A stretch of DNA of 63,675 bases, counting the filler, from Choristocarpus tenellus KU-1152 (lineage: Eukaryota; Protista; Phaeophyceae), in NCBI GenBank assembly GCA_964200185.2. It is 14 parts of 14 records of this genome, joined end to end, with 100 filler letters (N's around TTAATTAATTAA, not from the genome) between each part and the next. Parts side by side here need not be neighbours in the genome. Positions count along the whole stretch, not along the records: positions 23,874 to 30,219 come from CAXNAD020008341.1; positions 30,320 to 33,140 come from CAXNAD020024463.1; positions 33,241 to 36,544 come from CAXNAD020020920.1; 11 more parts are not named here. One strand, written 5' to 3'. The notes under the pieces are model-generated. The model was not told the origin of the DNA, made no database searches, and saw only the letters and a list, made by a program, of their open reading frames with translations. This document shows positions 24,068 through 36,544 of the stretch, in pieces. The first letter of the stretch is position 1; each line of letters opens with the position of its first letter. Both the position numbers and the translations under genes were made by a program.

Positions 24068-25506
24068 CTTATCTACTGTGGCCTCCTCTGCAAAAGCAGT
24101 GGCTGCAGCAAAAGCAGTCTGCCGAGTGATCTGGTCGTAGTCACAGCCAGGATTGGGGATGGACCCGGATCCGCTCGCAAATCGGTTCAATTTCCCTGCA
24201 AACAGCATTCCCACTGCATGAACGACACCTACATATGGACCTGGCAGGCAAGTAAGTACCAGGTACAACTGAGTAGAAGCATTCATGTATATACTCTGGA
24301 GTTTTTGTGAATGTGTGTGTAAATATTTGTAGTGAGATGAATCCCTTGGCTCAATTAGGGAGTTACTATTGCGGTGTCTCAATGTAAGAGTTTATATTTG
24401 ATGGCGGACAGGACGTGGGAGAGAGCGCTTAATACTTTTTGGTGGGGGTGGGTGGTTGTGTTGCTCTCAAATTTGTTGTTGGAGGATTGAGTAGAGGTCA
24501 AGAGATTTGTACCCAAGACAGGACAAGAAGAGTGAGATACTTGAATGGGACTTGAACTTGACAGTGAGTACGACTTCCATGCATTGCTTGTGAGGGGAGC
24601 AACTATCATCGACCCAGGTACTACCTTCCCCATAGAGACATATTGGACACCACTTAAGTACGGGGAACCTAAAGCGAGTAGTTCAATCTCGAAGGGAAGA
24701 CGGAACTTTTGATTAGTTTTAGTGTGGAGATTATGTACCCCACATGAGTGGTGTTGGCGGGGGCGAGGGTTTAGTTTCGGGATGAACTCTGCCGTTCTCA
24801 CTTTCATCTGTGGACTCAGCCTTGTTCATTAGTCTTCACTACTCCAGTAGTACCCCTACTTTTAGATGAAGATATTCTGGATTCATTCGAAGAGCGACTT
24901 GGGATGTGTCTTGATAGATGTAAATTCGATACCTGCTCGATTTGATGCACCGAGCCATAACGTAAAACAGAAGCATTGGCAATGGTGACTGGAACGCGAA
25001 GACGCTGTTCTATTTGGCACGTTGCCCTGCAGTAATTGCGTGCTAGGGCACTTCAGATGTGAGGGAGTGCAGGTGTCGGTTCAGGGGTCTATACATGGCC
25101 AGCAATCAGAATAAGAGAAACGGTGTTAAGGTACGGGGGGCATAGGGATGTTCGTAATCAACGAATGGTTGTTCATCGCTGCTTTGCACCTACAATCTTT
25201 CATGCACTCACCATTCTTGATTACATCACTGACCACAGCAGGATCTGTGGCATCTCCTTGCAACCATTCTACACCATTAGCTGGGTAGCTTTCTGGGTCA
25301 GTATCAGGTGAAGGTGCTCCTCTCCTGCTGAGAGAGGTCACCTGGAATCCACTCTTCACAGCCATCTTCGCAATGGTGCTTCCAATGAAGCCCGTCCCAC
25401 CAAGTATCAAGAGCCGAGGGCTCTGCGTCACGGCCAAACTTGAAGCCATCGAAGCAACCAATCCCAGAGTCAAAAACCTCGTCGCTGCCTTCCGCTTCCC
25501 TTCCAT
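24068..25506 (-). CDS. NAD(P)-binding atypical SDR / NAD-dependent epimerase family protein with N-terminal signal peptide (exons 25506-25212 and 24240-24068; 3' exons missing)
   Basis: Rossmann motif LLILGGTGFIGS...SLSRRG...WLQGDA. GT-AG intron with matching phase 1 (NG|PYVGVVHAVGML). Hydrophobic N-terminus LTLGLVASMASSL. Confidence 0.9.
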
Positions 25507-25979
25507 GAAGATACAGTATCCTTCGAAAAGCTGGGAGTATGCGATCATTGTTGGAGAAGTGTGTCACGAAACCGGAGGTTTACAATTTGTACAACAGAAA
25601 GCGCATGTAGCTCAGCAGTGAGGCGGGTGCTACATTGACCTAGAACACTTCTTACCTCTCGCTAACTTCCTATTTCCACAATGACTGACAAGTGGTGCGT
25701 ATCTATTCCACCCACCTACTATGTATACAATTAGTCAGGAAAGGTGGTTGGCACCATGTGTTTTTTAATATTATCATATCCAATCCTTGATTTAGGCCTT
25801 CTTGGTTTTGGGTCTGGACTGTCTTTGACAGAGACCTCAACCTGCCACCATCATAGAAACCGACCTGTTCAACGTAACTACGGTACCATGGACTGTCGGT
25901 CCTCGCGTACCCCCTTCTTATTGTAGCCTTGATAGATTCGATAGGACCTGGAGAAGAAGCATCCTTCCATTTTTACCAG

Positions 25980-28900
25980 GTATCAGTGATGTCTGTTATT
26001 GATAAGGTCTCGTTGGAAGCAGCAAACCCTGTTCCTCTCCTTGTGTCTAAATCTGGGACGCAGGATGCTGATGGTGGCGACGCAATATTGTCTGCAACGG
26101 TTGCAACCTCTCGTCTTCGGGATGTTCGACCGCCTAACTTGTCGACATGTTCTAGGGGCAATGGTGAGGCATGTACCTCTGATCCTGACAACCGAGAGAC
26201 CTTCACACGCAATCTTCCTGAAGTTGACATGGTTGGTGGAGGCAAGGAACCACGTTGCGGAAAAGGTAATAAAGTCAAAAACCGTCGCTATAGAGGCCTT
26301 AGAAAGGCCACCTCGACTATTACCCCCTCACTGGCGCACCCCGTATCCCTGGTCGAACCTCGTCAACTTCCTCTACTACGAAATTCGCGACAGGGGTAGA
26401 GGAGAGATGCCAGGAAGGGGTCGCTGGCAACCAATCCATGGATCGTGACCAAGACCAGCCTCAAATCCGTGATCGTATAGTAGTTCAGCGTTCTGTCGGA
26501 CGTTTGTGGCAGGGCCCTGAACGGGGACAGAACCAGGAGTTGCCAGAACGTGTTAACGCCGCGTGTGGTGACCAGGCAGGCCCGGGAGAGCAAGGTCCTG
26601 ACAACCTATCCACCGGAGCTAGATTACCGATTGGCACAATGGAGACCACAGGTGGTGAAGAAGTGCAACCAATCCTGGGCAGGGCGTTAGAGACTAATAA
26701 CAATCAAGTGAAGGTCTCGACAGAGACGCGAAGGAGGTGAGGGAGGGCATTGAAGGGTTCGCACCGCGATTGCAAGATATTCTTTTGTTCATCGTTATGC
26801 CTTCTCCAGTGTAATGTTGTGTTGAAGGTGTATGCATGTTTCAAACGGTCGTGGGTACTACGCCAACACACATTGGCGAGGTAGGGTCTTACAATCAAAT
26901 CATATGGCACATACTCTCGAAATCTGCGCGATGCCGCATCTAAAGTCTCACCCCGATGCTTCGTTGGCACCTTTTCACAATAGCCAATCACAGTGGAATT
27001 TTTCACGTTTTTCAGTTTATCCTCTTTAGCACAGCACTCCATTGCACCCTCCGCTCTCAGTATCACGATACCTGGACATGCTGAAATACAACGGACATCA
27101 TACCAAATTATACTGTATTTTTTCTCTCAAAAGAACAGTATATCAATAACAACACCAGCGTCAAATGAATCAAAATGACTTTGCGATAGCTGGGGGGCTA
27201 CACACACACACACGATAGGCTGCAATATTGTCTGAATCCCACACAATCATGTCATGTATGTCGCTTCTTGAAGGTGTACTTCTAAGGAAAAGAGATGCAT
27301 TAGATACACCTCAGAATGCACCAATCTTTGCTTGATTCCCAACCACTTTTACCAAAACGAATCAAAAGTTGTAACTGCCCATGCTCTTGAGGTCATGAGC
27401 AAGCAGTGCCCCTCCAGCATCAAGTCACTATTATTTCACTCCAGATACTCTCAACACCTTATTTTTTCCTACATGGCATTGCTGATAAGGAAAAGGACAC
27501 CTTCCACTTTCTTCCCTATTCCTCCCCCCCTCTCTGACTGTTCCCCTGCCCCCTCCCTTCCTGAACCTCCTACAAAGCTTGACCTCAATCAAAGCCGCTG
27601 CTACTACTGTTATCTCTCAGTTTCCCCTGACCCTAACCCTAACTGCTACCCTGGTAACCCCAACCCTAACCCTAACCCTAAATCTGATGCCTATTTTCCC
27701 AATCTCTAGCCGTCGAAAACGGCTACTGCCCACACCCCCCGAAGAGGAGTCTGTGAACCTATATCAACGACCCAAGCTTGGTGGGTATAGGACTTCACGG
27801 AGGACATCTGGGAGAGGATTAACAACAGAGCTATGCCATGGGATGGAGGAAAGCCACAATGCTGGTGCTGGAGAGAAAAAGGCTTCAAATCTTAGCAAGG
27901 AGGTGGTGGAGGGTGACTCAATGGCAATCAAGGTGTGAGATGCATGATTTCCTGCCAATGGGGTTTCAGGTAGGAGGTGGGGACTTAAGGTATGTCCTTT
28001 TTCATTGGTACTACGCCAGACAACCCCCCCCCTCCCCCAACTTGTGGCATGTGATGTTTGTTTTTGTTGAAGTAAGTTAGAAGGTCAATGTTTTTATAAT
28101 TATGTTTTTGTACTTCGAATTGCATTTTACAAGAACACAATTATAAGTATTTATACTTCAGACTGTTCTTTCTTCCCCCCTGAGAGTGAGAAGTTGAGGC
28201 TGGCTCTTGTGCGCACTAAGGAATGCAAGTACATGTGCACATAAGGAAATTTCAACTGCAGTAGTGTGTTGACCCTGTAAACACCAAATTATTTGAATTT
28301 GAATTGTGAACGGAAAGAACTTTGTTTTGTTTTTGAATCGATGACAGTTTTGAACGCTACTTACTGGGGTTTTTTTGTTTTTCCAAGTAAACAGGACGCT
28401 GCCCGGTACAATTGTGTACTAATGATACGATATACCCCTCCCCCATGTTTCTGTTTAGCGCGTAGTCTAATCTCTTTATAATTGGTGATTATTATTTTTA
28501 TAATTGGTGATTATTACTTTTATAATTGGTGATTATTACTTTTATAATTGGTGATTTTTTTTTTGGTATTTGCAGCAGTGGTAGCAACAGTGACGGGAGC
28601 ATGTTGTTGAAGAATTTCAAAAGTTGAATATTTACTTTTTTATTTACGTGTAGTTGCGGTTGTGCACTGACTCAAGTTGATTTGCACTGTCTCTATTTTT
28701 CGTTTCGCGAGATACTTCTTTTTGTTCGTTAGTGATAGGGTTTATGGTTTGAGTTTAGAGTTTTTTCAGCATTTTTTTTTTTCCCAGTTGTGCTGTTAGC
28801 TCAACGGTCTTGCGAGTAAATGTGACCGTTCTTATTAGGGTTAGGGTTGGGGTTGTTCTTATTAGTAGTAGCAGGGTTGGAGTTACCTTCCTTGCTCTCT

Positions 28901-29917
28901 CACGCTGCCTCTGCCCTTTGATATAGTTTGCACCTCCTCTTCCAGGCCATGTTGGTGGTTGGTTCCCTGTGATGCCTCCTTATGATTTTGCTGCAGTTAT
29001 GGTGCGTTTTTGTTGGGATATATTTTAGAAGAGGAGAGCGTGCAGATGCCGGGGGGCGGGGTGGGGGGGAGGAGATGTAGTAGAGCCCCTTTTGTATAGT
29101 GCAGCATGCGTATTGATGCGGAGTGGTATTGTCATTAACATGGTGTTGCTACTTTCAGAACATGCATATTTTGTTTTTATATTTTTTGCCACCCTCTCAC
29201 TCTTACCCACCTATATATATATGTAGTCTTAGTCTTAGGGTTAGGGTTAGGGTTAGGGTTAGGGTTAAACCGTAGTAGGGATAGATGTGTGATGTGTGAT
29301 GTGTGATGAGAGTTAAGGAATTGTTTGTACCGTCTTGTCCGTGGTGTGGGTACAGCATGGGGGTGGAGGTTTCTTTTCTTCTTTTGTGATTTTTTGTGTC
29401 GGGTATATACTATTGATGTATTTTGATGTATTTTGATGCATATGTGTGTGTGTGTGTGCGTGTATTAATTTGGTGACAGGAGGGCGTTCGAGTCTCCAGC
29501 AGAACAGCACCGGGAAGGCGGGAAGATGAGGGTGATGAACACGCCACTGGGGGTGAGATTGCTGCGAGCACTACTTTGTCGGCCATGGAGGACGGGGTAA
29601 AGAGCAAGGGGAAGGGGAAGGCGTTGATGGTAGAGAAGGAAGGCGGTGTCTGTGCCGTGTCAGGTGGAGTTGGTGTTGGAAGTGGCGGTACCCTCTGCGG
29701 CAGTGGGGGGAAAGAAGTGCACTCTGATGGGCGTGGTGTAGGCTTGGAGAAGGAGGGGGGAGAGGAGACGGATGTAGCCCTAACCCTGAGAAGGGTCCCC
29801 ACGAAGGGGGAACTGCTCAACTGGGAGGCGGAGAGAGAGGCCATGGAGCTACAGGTGGAGGGCTTGGTAGCAGGGGCTGTGAAGAGTCCTGTAGGGGGGG
29901 GCGGTTGGGGATACTGA
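25980..29917 (+). CDS. Putative multi-exon low-complexity hypothetical gene (exons ~25980-26736, ~27710-27932, ~29500-29917)
   Basis: Purine-rich ORF segments bounded by plausible AG/GT sites; apparent single frameshift near 26340; no recognisable domain. Confidence 0.35.
27625..27681 (-). repeat. Interstitial telomere-type repeats (CCCTAA)n, interrupted
   Basis: Five CCCTAA units plus CCCTGA and CCCCAA variants. Confidence 0.85.
28475..28556. repeat. 22-bp minisatellite, ~3.7 copies
   Basis: TATAATTGGTGATTATTAYTTT repeated at 28477, 28499, 28521 and (partially) 28543. Confidence 0.95.
29235..29267 (+). repeat. Interstitial (TTAGGG)5
   Basis: Five perfect TTAGGG units plus TTA. Confidence 0.95.
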
Positions 29918-30326
29918 GTAGTGTTTGTTGTTATTGTTGCTGTTGTGTTGGAGGTTGATTGTTGCCATCTCTTGCTTTTGGTGTTGTGGGTGCTGTCCTT
30001 CAGGGCACGCAAAGGTATACCTTTTTTTCTTTTTTATTACAAGCTTAATGCTCTTTCTTTGTCTTAGTGTTTTTTTTTGTTTTTTTTCGGTCCGCTTTCA
30101 GGTTTCTGTACCACTCCTCCCCCCCCCAGCGACCACCTTGTGATATCTGACTCCTTTAGTTTGGCCCCGGCCACCGAGTGGTCATCACCTTGCCTCCGCT
30201 GAGAGGCTTTCTTGTCTACNNNNNNNNNNNNNNNNNNNNNNNNNNNNNNNNNNNNNNNNNNNNTTAATTAATTAANNNNNNNNNNNNNNNNNNNNNNNNN
30301 NNNNNNNNNNNNNNNNNNNATATTAT

Positions 30327-31760
30327 TGTAATATCGCTGTTTAGTGACTAACTACCTCCCAATTACTCTCCTTGTGTCCACAAGTAACTGTAACCCCCCC
30401 CCCCCCGAGATCTTCACGCTATGGTACACATAACGCTTCTAACCCCTCACGATCTCATCCTTCGTACTTGGCATATTGCTCAATGCATTATAGTAATGAG
30501 TCAAAGTAAACTAGAGGTACCTACACTTCCATTATTAGGATGCTGACAAATATGTACAAAATTCTTCTACTATTACAAATATCAATAGGATATTTTCTAA
30601 ATTTGTCGAAATTCTTCAAACAATAGAGAATTCTACACTCTTAAGTCAAGCTTAGCACATCATCCATAGAAATATGAGTGAATTACGAAGATTGAAAAAC
30701 TGGCTTGAAATGAAAAACGACCAAAACCTTTGTACCTCTCGTTTACTTTGGGTCACGACTGTCCTCAAAGTCCCAGAATGCCTTCTCACTGTGTACTTCC
30801 CCCTTTGGACGCACAACAAATTGTGAGTGCACTCACTTCATGTAACACATCGCCCTATCAGTGAAGGCTATTGTTAGTAGACCTCGCAGACTCTTGGAAC
30901 ATAAATACATTTACCAACTGCTTGTCTGTACCCACATACTCCACCTTACACCAACCCTGGTCAATATACACTCTGTTACACTTGACCTTGGCATCAACAT
31001 TCCTACTGCACCCAGCAAACCCATTGATCCTTCCCATCTGAATTACACCAAAGTTGTCCTCAAAGCAGGTGGTTATGTCCTGTTCTTGGCCTATTTCCCT
31101 CGGAAGTGGCTCAAAGTATCTGATAGGGGGGTGGCGGCTGTCCATTTGGGGTCAGTTTTTTCACATCGCGATTTTTGAATGATTTGGTTCCATACGTTGG
31201 ATGGATAATGAAAGTGTACTTTTCCTGGTTTTGACCCAAATGGACACTCTGGTGTAGACCCCCCCCTCCCCCCCCCTCCCCCCCCCTTTTTCTGTTTCTT
31301 NNNNNNNNNNAAAAAGAATTTTTTTCCTGCGTTTTCCCCAAAAAAAAAACCTTGGTTAAGCCCCCCCCCCCCCCCCCCAGATACTTTGGGTCAAGTCTAC
31401 ATATGAAAACACAATGTCTCATCCTAAAGGGCCATCACTTTCCACTCAGCCTCAGAACTAGACCATGTGGCTGAGTTGTGGAGCTTGGAGCGCGAGGTTA
31501 TGGGAGAACCATTGTGCAGTAAAATGTACCTTGAAACACTTCTTCCCCTAGTCTTTGCGTTGTTCGCCCAGTCCGCGTTTGAATAACCTACTACCTCCCT
31601 CCCCGTCAGGACACCTGACTGTGTGGAGTGGTTACCCCATAGTGTAAGGTGCGGACTAAGTAACGCCATACGTGATGTAGTGCTTGCCAGTGTCTGTTGC
31701 ATGGTGAGATCACCCGCCTGCACAGTTCTCGCTTTACGCTTGTGAGGTCAGCCCATTTGA
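30327..31760 (-). mobile_element. Decayed copia 3' portion: RT end, RNase H, putative 3' LTR (~30327-30847)
   Basis: YSNADWAN...RSVS...SSSEAEW...HCVFICRLPREIG...FEDN...VEYVGTDKQL. TG...CA block follows a purine-rich tract. Confidence 0.8.
31108..31392. mobile_element. Sola-like MITE family A, both ends present (internal 10-N gap)
   Basis: TIRs GGCTCAAAGTATCTG / CAGATACTTTGGGTC; 4-bp TSD AAGT (31104-31107, 31393-31396). Removal restores the copia frame CRLPREIG. Confidence 0.9.
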
Positions 31761-32169
31761 CCCCAGTAAGAAACATCAGCTTACCCGTCACAGCTAGAAA
31801 ATGGAGGAGATGGTGTTGTGGATGGGTCATCGATACACCAACTGGGGAGTGGGAGAGAAGGACTTCTGGATGGGCCAACATCACAACTATCACTGGGGAA
31901 TGAGGAAAATGCGTCTGTGGGTAGCTCTCCTTAACAACAGGAAAGTGTGAGACTTTGGCTGGTCGGTCCACTGAGGCGAAGATAAGAATTTAATACATGG
32001 TTGTCGCTAGTGCCCCAAGGCACAAGGAGAAAGGGTGGGGGGCTGTCTACATATGTGACAGTTGTTGAACATGATGCAGAGGCAAAATAAAAAACTTCAA
32101 AGTATAATAACCATCTTGGTAGTTTAGAGGCTGGTGGGGGATATGATTAGGGACAAACTGAGAAATGGC

Positions 32170-32410
32170 TGGCAGGGGCACTCCAGTCAGTGACCTACCC
32201 CCAATATCTACCGCCATTGAAGAGGTGCTCCAGTCAAAGGAGTGCAAGGAGATCGATGGACCAATCACTAATGACATCTGGATGCAAGTACCCCAGCCAA
32301 AAACTTCAAAATACTCAAGATGAAGTCTGTCTTCATGAGGAAGGTGGCCCACCAGGTATGGTTGAACATCAGAAAAGGAGATTGGTAGTGCAGGGGTTTC
32401 GCCAACAGTG
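32170..32410 (+). pseudogene. Copia RT N-terminal fragment
   Basis: KRRLVVQGFRQ corresponds to the copia K(A/R)RLVAxGFxQ motif. Confidence 0.6.
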
Positions 32411-33096
32411 AGGGGATGACAGGCATGAGAAATTCACCTATACATTCTTCTTGCCGCTAATCCTTGCACTGGCGATAAAGGTCCATAGCATCCTGGAAGA
32501 CGAGCAGGGTTTAGACCAAAGGTCGTTCATTCAGGTCTTGATAGGGTGTTGTAAGACACCCAAGTTTGATGCCCGTTTTAAGGTGATATTGCTTCGGATT
32601 TGGTCTACGAAGGGAGATGGAAAAGGAATGTGCATTCGATAAAAGAAATTGCTCTTACATCTGACACGTTACCTCAAATGACATGAAAATCACTACAGAG
32701 TCGCAAAGGTCCCGAATGGACTCCTGACTCCCCCACTGGGACATCATGGGTCAAAATATCGGGTGGAACATAAGTATGGCTCATGTCATGCGGGCATTCA
32801 AGTGACTAACGGTGGTCTGGATGAGGATCTCCACATGGTACTACTACAAGTGGGTGCTGTGAAATATTTTGACAGTTCAGGCATTGTGGATTCGAATTCC
32901 CTGGTGGTGGACACATCGTTAGAGTTGGGGCTGGGTATTCAGTAGCATACTTATACCCTCTACTGATCATTGGCATGAAATTGACATGGATCAACCTAAT
33001 CAGTACCAGAATTCTTTTGGATCCACTGAGACAGCATGAATCTAGTCCTCACTGCTCCAGTCCCAGCTCCAGCAGTGTGTCCACCACCAGGGAATT

Positions 33097-33140
33097 GACC
33101 CAAAGTATCTGGGAAGGGGGGGGGGGTCTACACCAGGGTG
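33097..33140. mobile_element. Sola-like MITE family A end (similar ends at 23745, 36645-36739, 57698)
   Basis: GACCCAAAGTATCTGGGAAGGGG...TCTACACCAGGGTG. Confidence 0.85.
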
Positions 33141-33240
33141 NNNNNNNNNNNNNNNNNNNNNNNNNNNNNNNNNNNNNNNNNNNNTTAATTAATTAANNNN
33201 NNNNNNNNNNNNNNNNNNNNNNNNNNNNNNNNNNNNNNNN

Positions 33241-33469
33241 GCGTCCATTTGGGGGTCAAAATCCAATGTTCCGATTTCGATGTAATTTTGACTATCGTGT
33301 TTAGTGGAAGTGTCAATATCCTTGTTCCGCACACACCTTTTCATAACGTATAAATTTCACTTACTCCGAAACATATCGGAGTAGAAAAATGTCATAAAAC
33401 ACCTGTGGGAAGTCAAGCCCCAAATGGACAAACAGGGCAAAAATCGTACCCTCTAAGATACTTTCACTC
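33241..33469. mobile_element. Sola-like MITE family B, truncated by linker
   Basis: Reverse-complement homologue of 56529-56806; ends ...AAGATACTTTCACTC. Confidence 0.85.
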
Positions 33470-33794
33470 TATCACTGGGAATAGAAAGAGACCCATTAGC
33501 GAGGTGTCTCTGATCTTCCAGTTCTTCAAAATCATAGAGAACACTGAAGGCCCCAACGCACAGTACGAGCTTGTGGTGCAGGCTCAGAACAAAGGGGGTA
33601 AGGTAAATAAAGCAAAAAAGGAAGAAACAGGGTGTGTGTATTTGGGGAACGAAAGTATTACACATCATCTTCGCCATGGACACAATAATGAATTTGACAT
33701 CTACAAGAGGGAAAGTAAGCATTCGAGGGTGACTAAAAATGTCAGGGCTGAAGCTGTGAAAGTGTGCCACGTGTATGCACACGCTGGAGTATAA
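33470..33794 (+). pseudogene. Degenerate BED zinc-finger-like fragment, probably from a hAT element
   Basis: SLIFQFFKI...GCVY...HHLRHGHNNEF resembles BED finger spacing; followed by GGACCGGTCC-type repeats. Confidence 0.4.
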
Positions 33795-34289
33795 CTTAGC
33801 CTTCAATATGTTGTACATTTTTTTATTTGTTTGAAATAAAGGTCAAACGAGGTCGACAGTTGGACTTGTAGAACACGTAGTGGACATGGTCTGGAGATGC
33901 AAGGGAAAAAGTTGGTCTGGCTCGACTGGCGGACATGCACCGGTTCAATACCTAGTGACATGGACTGGGACATGTTAAATAATTGTGGGACCGGTCCAGT
34001 TGGCAGACGGGATTTCCAAATTTTACACATAAATGGTGACGGCTTCCAAACAGGAACACATCGAAGTACAATATTTTTTATAATATATATAATATCTTTC
34101 ATATGCATGACACCAAAAGGCTCAAATATGTTTGGGTATTTGGTGTTGGAATATCAAACAAAAAAAATCCATTGAAAATAATTGTTCATATCCAGTACTT
34201 GATATTTGATATTAGTTTAATATTTGAAGTAAGATACGACAGAATTCACCTACCCTCTATACACTAGAGATGTATCCTCTTTAATGCAC

Positions 34290-35510
34290 TGCAAGAGGTG
34301 GGTCAAGTGTGATGAAAACACGTATTATTATTATAATTTCATGAAATGCAACAAACATGTGCTGAAGTTAAGTCACTCACCTGGGGCCTACAGTCAGTGC
34401 AGTGTCTGGGTTGACACGAGGAAGGTGAACGTAACCCTAACAAAGAGAAAACAACACATCATGTACCACTATACCCTAACAATAAGCCCGTATAGATAGA
34501 GGACCTCCAGCCAGAAGATGTGGCAAGAACACTGCACATGGTGCTGTGTTTTTCTCCACCATCACCACCTATGATTTCCACCTACTACTACACCTTCCAC
34601 TCTTGGGGACCAAACAAGGCCACCCCCCCACAGTATCATCGACTTCATCCCCAGAGAGACAGTTGTGCTTGACTGGGTTGTCAGCAGAGGAGAACAAGTA
34701 GGGTTCAGATGCAGTTGAAGTGGTTTAGGGTTGCTGTGCATAAATACTGACATGCCACAACTTATTCAACTCTTTTTTTTTTGTACTTTCCGCCATTTGA
34801 GGGGACTATCAACCTTCTTCACCACGTCCGTATCCACTAGTTCCATACCACGGTGTACCTCCAGCGGGTATTGTAGTGCATTCTCATGGCTGGTCTATAT
34901 CAGTATCCTCTTGTGAGCACCCCCCCATCTCTATCTTTAAAGGAGGGTGGCCTCATAACTCCACTACTGCTGTGTGGCGTCTTGGTAGCCTTCTTGAGCA
35001 CATCATTAGTCATTCTGAACTGCTGGTTGCTCTCATCATCAGAGAGCAGGAGGTCTCTCCCCCCTTGACAGGTTGCATTCCTCCAGAAGGTATTGACGCA
35101 AAGTATTTGGGGGGGGGGAGGTTCTACACCAGGGTATCCGTTTGGTCCAAAATCAGGAAAAGTGCATTTACATAATCTATGCGACGTATGCAACCAAATC
35201 ACTCAAAAATCGCGACATGATAAAATTGACCCCAAATGGACAGACAGCCGCCGACCCCCCAGATACTTTGAGCTATTTGTTAGCCCTCGACTTGAAACAC
35301 TTGACAACGCCTGGCTCTGGAAGAAGTTCCAAACTCATGACCTTTGCTTTGGTGCTGGGGGCAAATTCCACAGTCAATACCTCAAGGCCATCATCGACTT
35401 CTTCCTCTTTGTCCCCCGCGTTGCCTTCTTCTATATTGCTCTCTTCTTCGTCGTTTGTCACCTTTGCTTGCGTTTTCAAGTACATTCTCCAGACTGCTTG
35501 CCCAACGGTC
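34290..35510 (-). repeat. Unclassified dispersed repeat with decayed ORF; inverted paralogue at 42440-43325
   Basis: Shared blocks CAAGAGGTGGGTCAAGTG, CTACAGTCAGTGCAGTGTCTG and GAGGACCTCCAGCCAGAAGA. Confidence 0.8.
35095..35273. mobile_element. Complete Sola-like MITE family A (~180 bp)
   Basis: TIRs GACGCAAAGTATTTGGGGG / CCCCCAGATACTTTGAGC; TSD TATT (35091-35094, 35274-35277); absent from the paralogue at ~42520. Confidence 0.9.
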
Positions 35511-35552
35511 ATAGTAGAAATGTAATGGAGAAATATTGCCCCAAAGAAGTGT

Positions 35553-35720
35553 GTTACAGGCGAATAGCGCGAGCATTTCTTCTTGTGTTCTAACAAAATG
35601 CGAGCATATGTTACACGCGAATAGCGCGAGCATTTCTTCTCGTGTTTTAGCAAATATGAACATTTGTGACAGGCGAATAGTGCGAGCATTGTTTCTCGCG
35701 TTCTAACAAGTGCGAACAAT
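35553..35720. repeat. 56-57-bp tandem repeat, 3 copies
   Basis: GT(T/G)ACA.GCGAATAG.GCGAGCATT..TTCT.G.GTT.TA.CAA at 35553, 35610 and 35666. Confidence 0.92.
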
Positions 35721-36049
35721 ATACGAGATTAGTAACACATAGGTAGGCTTACAGAATAAATGCTGATTTCGTAGAAGATACAGAGTAAGATTCGTAATGC
35801 ATACGTAACATTACAGAAGAAAACGTCAAAGTTCCTAAGAAGTAGTTGTAGAATAAAGGTGTATGATTGGAGTACGTATAGAGCAGTTGCATAGAAGACC
35901 AAAGAAATTGGGTGGATGATGAAAATAATAAAGAGAGCTTTTGGTCAAAATCCTTTACCTCTCTTAGCCATTTTTTAAAAATCTATAACTTAACATTGAG
36001 TCTAGCTTTTTGGGGCTAAGCACTGAGTGGAGTATTCGAGAGAAAAGGC

Positions 36050-36544
36050 TATCTGACACCCAACAAACTGCTACCAAGTCACCAGGGAGATGGGCACGCA
36101 GGGGTTTGTTGGATTCTTGGGATGACTCCCTAGCTCCCCCCCCCGGGGGTGCAGGAGTAGGTAGATGGGAAGCACAGGGAGGAAGTAGTACAATATTGAT
36201 ACTGGTGAAGTAACTGATAGGTTGGTGGTTTTCACGCTTAGTGTTTTATAGTGTTTTCACATTTATGACATTTTATTTCTTTATGGCTTATTATACTGAC
36301 ATATATATGCATAGTTTTCATTTGTTTTCCCCCTGACACATCTGCAAAATGTCAGAGGGCATAATAATAAAATAATGACAGAAGAAAAGTCGGGTATTTA
36401 AAAAAAATCGATGTCGATATGGTACGATATTCTATACAATGTCTTACAGTATTCTTATTATGTTTAGGACATTTTATATACACATATGTATATAGTTTTC
36501 ATTGGTTTCCCCCTGACACATCTGCAAAATGTCAAAGCGTATAA
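36050..36544 (+). mobile_element. LINE 3' ends (two tandem copies) with terminal stem-loop and (TAA)n tail
   Basis: CCCCCTGACACATCTGCAAAATGTCAGAGGGCATAATAATAAAA (stem CTGACA/TGTCAG) ending ~36372; second copy at ~36490-36544. Confidence 0.65.

Noticed and set aside
29235-29267. True chromosome end
   Set aside because: Only five units, with ordinary sequence on both sides.
35553-35720. CRISPR-like array with palindromic repeats
   Set aside because: Contiguous tandem units without variable spacers.
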